A stretch of DNA of 64,000 bases from Phoronis australis (lineage: Eukaryota; Animalia; Phoronida): assembly GCA_002633005.1 (NCBI GenBank), contig NMRA01000260.1, forward strand, positions 75,821 to 139,820. Direction: 5' to 3'. The notes below the pieces were generated by a model, which searched no databases, was not told where the DNA came from, and worked only from the letters and a program-made list of their open reading frames with translations. Positions 61,717-64,000 of the stretch are shown here, piece by piece; the first letter of the stretch is position 1; every line of letters starts with the position of its first letter. Both the position numbers and the translations under genes were made by a program.

Positions 61717-64000
61717 TCACGGCCAGTTAGTGTCAGCCGCCGAAGAAGTAACGTTGTCCGGGTATTTCAGGCGTTCTAATTGTAGCAAATTAAAAAGGCT
61801 AGAAGCGCAATGACGATGCGAAAGTTGTTTTCGACATTAGACAACGTCAACAACAACAACAACTACTACTACTACAACGACAACAGCTAGTGTTTGATTA
61901 CATCATGATCATTAAAGAACGTTCTCCGAAGAGGAAACAGGTAAATCAGAGATCTTCAGTACCTCTGGATAAACATCACGAGTGTTTACATCATGGTAAT
62001 TAAAGAACTAAGTTCTCACAGGTTAAGTCGAAACGGGTTAAACGATAGCAGTGCTTGATCCACCGGGACATGACTCATACTCGTGTATACTACACCTTAA
62101 AGAAACTGAAAAACATTTAGGACAAACTGTGAGTAATAAATTATCAAGAATGACCGTGTTAATGCGTGTAAATGTTTGACGAAACGTCTGAAAAAACAAG
62201 TCAACAGTTAAAAATTCTTCTTGCATTCGCTTGACCGTCAAGTGTGAAGCAAAATTCTCACTAACAAGAATTCCTCATTGAAGTTGACATGCGGTGCAAA
62301 TAATAGTTTCTAATACGTATTCATCCCTGAAAGACGCAACTCTTTCCAAAAGCTGACAGAAACTTCTGTCTGAGTTCTTTACCAGCTTAAAGATGTTTCG
62401 AATCTATTTGCTTCTCATTAAATTTCCTGGAGAGCTACTGAGATTTATTGGAAAAGATTTCTCAACTGGCATTGGCTTACTCTCATAAACATTTTGAATG
62501 TCAACGACACTTTACTTGGTACAGTTTTCTCCTTTATTTTTCTCTCAAAGGTGAACAAACAGTGGGGCCTCCTATATCATTATTCATACGCGTGGGAAGA
62601 TCCTCTTTAGTGGGGAGGGTGAAAATGTGAGTGCGACTCACCGTAGACTTCACTTCTGTCACTCTCGACACCAGTTTCGCGCTCGCGGCCCCGCAAGTTG
62701 ACACATTTCAGAAACTTTTCTCTCAAAACATTTCTTTCTCTTGAAAGTTTTACACTCATTTTACATTTGTCGTGTTTCTGGTCTTCTTGCATATTATTGT
62801 GCATGCTTTTCAGGTCACAATTATACTCCGAACAAAACGAAAAAAATCATTGTGCACTGATAGCTACATCCCGGAATACCACAGCGCGCTTTTATAATCT
62901 GCTGTATTTACCCACAATGCTGCGCGTCTTTAGGGCACTTTCCCCACAGTTGTTTCCGGTGCTAACCGAATATTTACTGTTGCACAGTCTTGACAAGTTG
63001 GTTGGGGCTGCAATATATTGTTCATTTCTTGTTCGTCTCGGCTCAGTAACGTTTGGTAACATAAACGTTCGAAAACTAGGTCAATCGTGCAACGAAATGT
63101 TCTACCTTTCCCGTAGAGAAAAATAGAACTCAACATTTGTCTATATTAAACGAATTTGAATAAGTGAGGTCTATAAAATCAGCAGGAACGAGTTCATTTG
63201 GCTACAGCTGCAAAAAGAATGTTTCGCAATAATTTCTTTAAGTTGTGAGAACACAGCTTTCCTATAACCAGTGGGCTGTAAGGTTCCTGGTATAGCTCAT
63301 TACTATAGCTAAGCATTTCAAGTAAAGCCCAAGCAGGACGTTGGTTTAGTTATTTTCAAGTGCGTTGTCTTTATCTTCTGGAAACCTTGAAATCAGTACA
63401 GGGTGACTCAAAATGGAATCCACAAAATTGTGTATAAAATTTTTAAAATTCTAATTCTTTTGGAAAGTTCAGGAATTCAGTGCAAAGTGACTGGTATGGT
63501 TGAAACTTTGTGGAAAGGTCGTCCACAGACAGAAGTTTGAATTTACCAAATTTGAAAAAAATAAATGGACTTATGTAGGATTATACTAAATTTTCACTGG
63601 ACTACAAGTACTTTTGCGGCCATTATCTGAAACTGTACTGTATCTAAATTTTCCGTCAGTTGGAGCCGGTTAAGTGGTTGTTATGTAACAGCAGGCATCT
63701 TGAACTAACTTTTGATGCCCGGCTCATTTTGTGCTGTGTCTGTTACATATCCGATTTTAAAACGTGGCTACAAGAATTATTTCTAGAAATAGCTTTTTGA
63801 ATATATTTTAAGGTGTTTCGATAATTGTGATGCAAGCCACGGTTTTAGCTCTCGGTGGCGTTCCGTAGACGCAAGAACCTCCAGAGTAAAGCTCACGTGG
63901 TCACGAGCTTCGCTTGCAATGCCTGGCGATATTTCGCCGGTGAAGTCTTGCGTGATCATGGTTTTTCGCGAAGTTCTCGGTCTATGGAACGCTGCACAGC

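Noticed and set aside
62080-62400. Possible highly decayed LINE fragment (ETEKHLG)
   Set aside because: Only one weak motif; cannot be supported without a search
63398-63440. TACAGGGTGACTCAAAA, like a Tc1/mariner end
   Set aside because: No matching opposite terminus or transposase found inside the window

Overview
Eukaryotic (metazoan, probably a non-arthropod invertebrate; inferred from TTAGGG repeats, GT-AG introns and animal gene families) scaffold window with two N-gaps (1281-1708, 39762-40306). It opens with a ~1.9 kb telomere-type TTAGGG array whose G-strand points into unique sequence. Three spliced protein-coding genes could be assembled by hand with consistent intron phases. (1) CNOT4 (+, 15 coding exons, 8247-24219, 723 aa). 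(2) A type I transmembrane C-type-lectin-domain gene that the ORF track shows only in fragments (-, 3 coding exons, 33309-26354, 256 aa), tail-to-tail with CNOT4. (3) RERG (-, 4 coding exons, 58753-50478, 226 aa), with non-canonical residues at the Ras G12/G13/Q61 positions. Introns and intergenic DNA hold many transposon relics: a truncated Penelope-like element with inverted pseudo-LTRs and degenerate hammerhead cores, a LINE, a DD37D maT transposase, a hAT transposase fragment, several MITEs with readable target-site duplications, tRNA-like repeats and minisatellites. I found no convincing wholly new biological system. The best leads are the atypical lectin receptor, the possibly GTPase-impaired RERG and the inward-facing telomere array. 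All alignments were done by eye; no searches were run.
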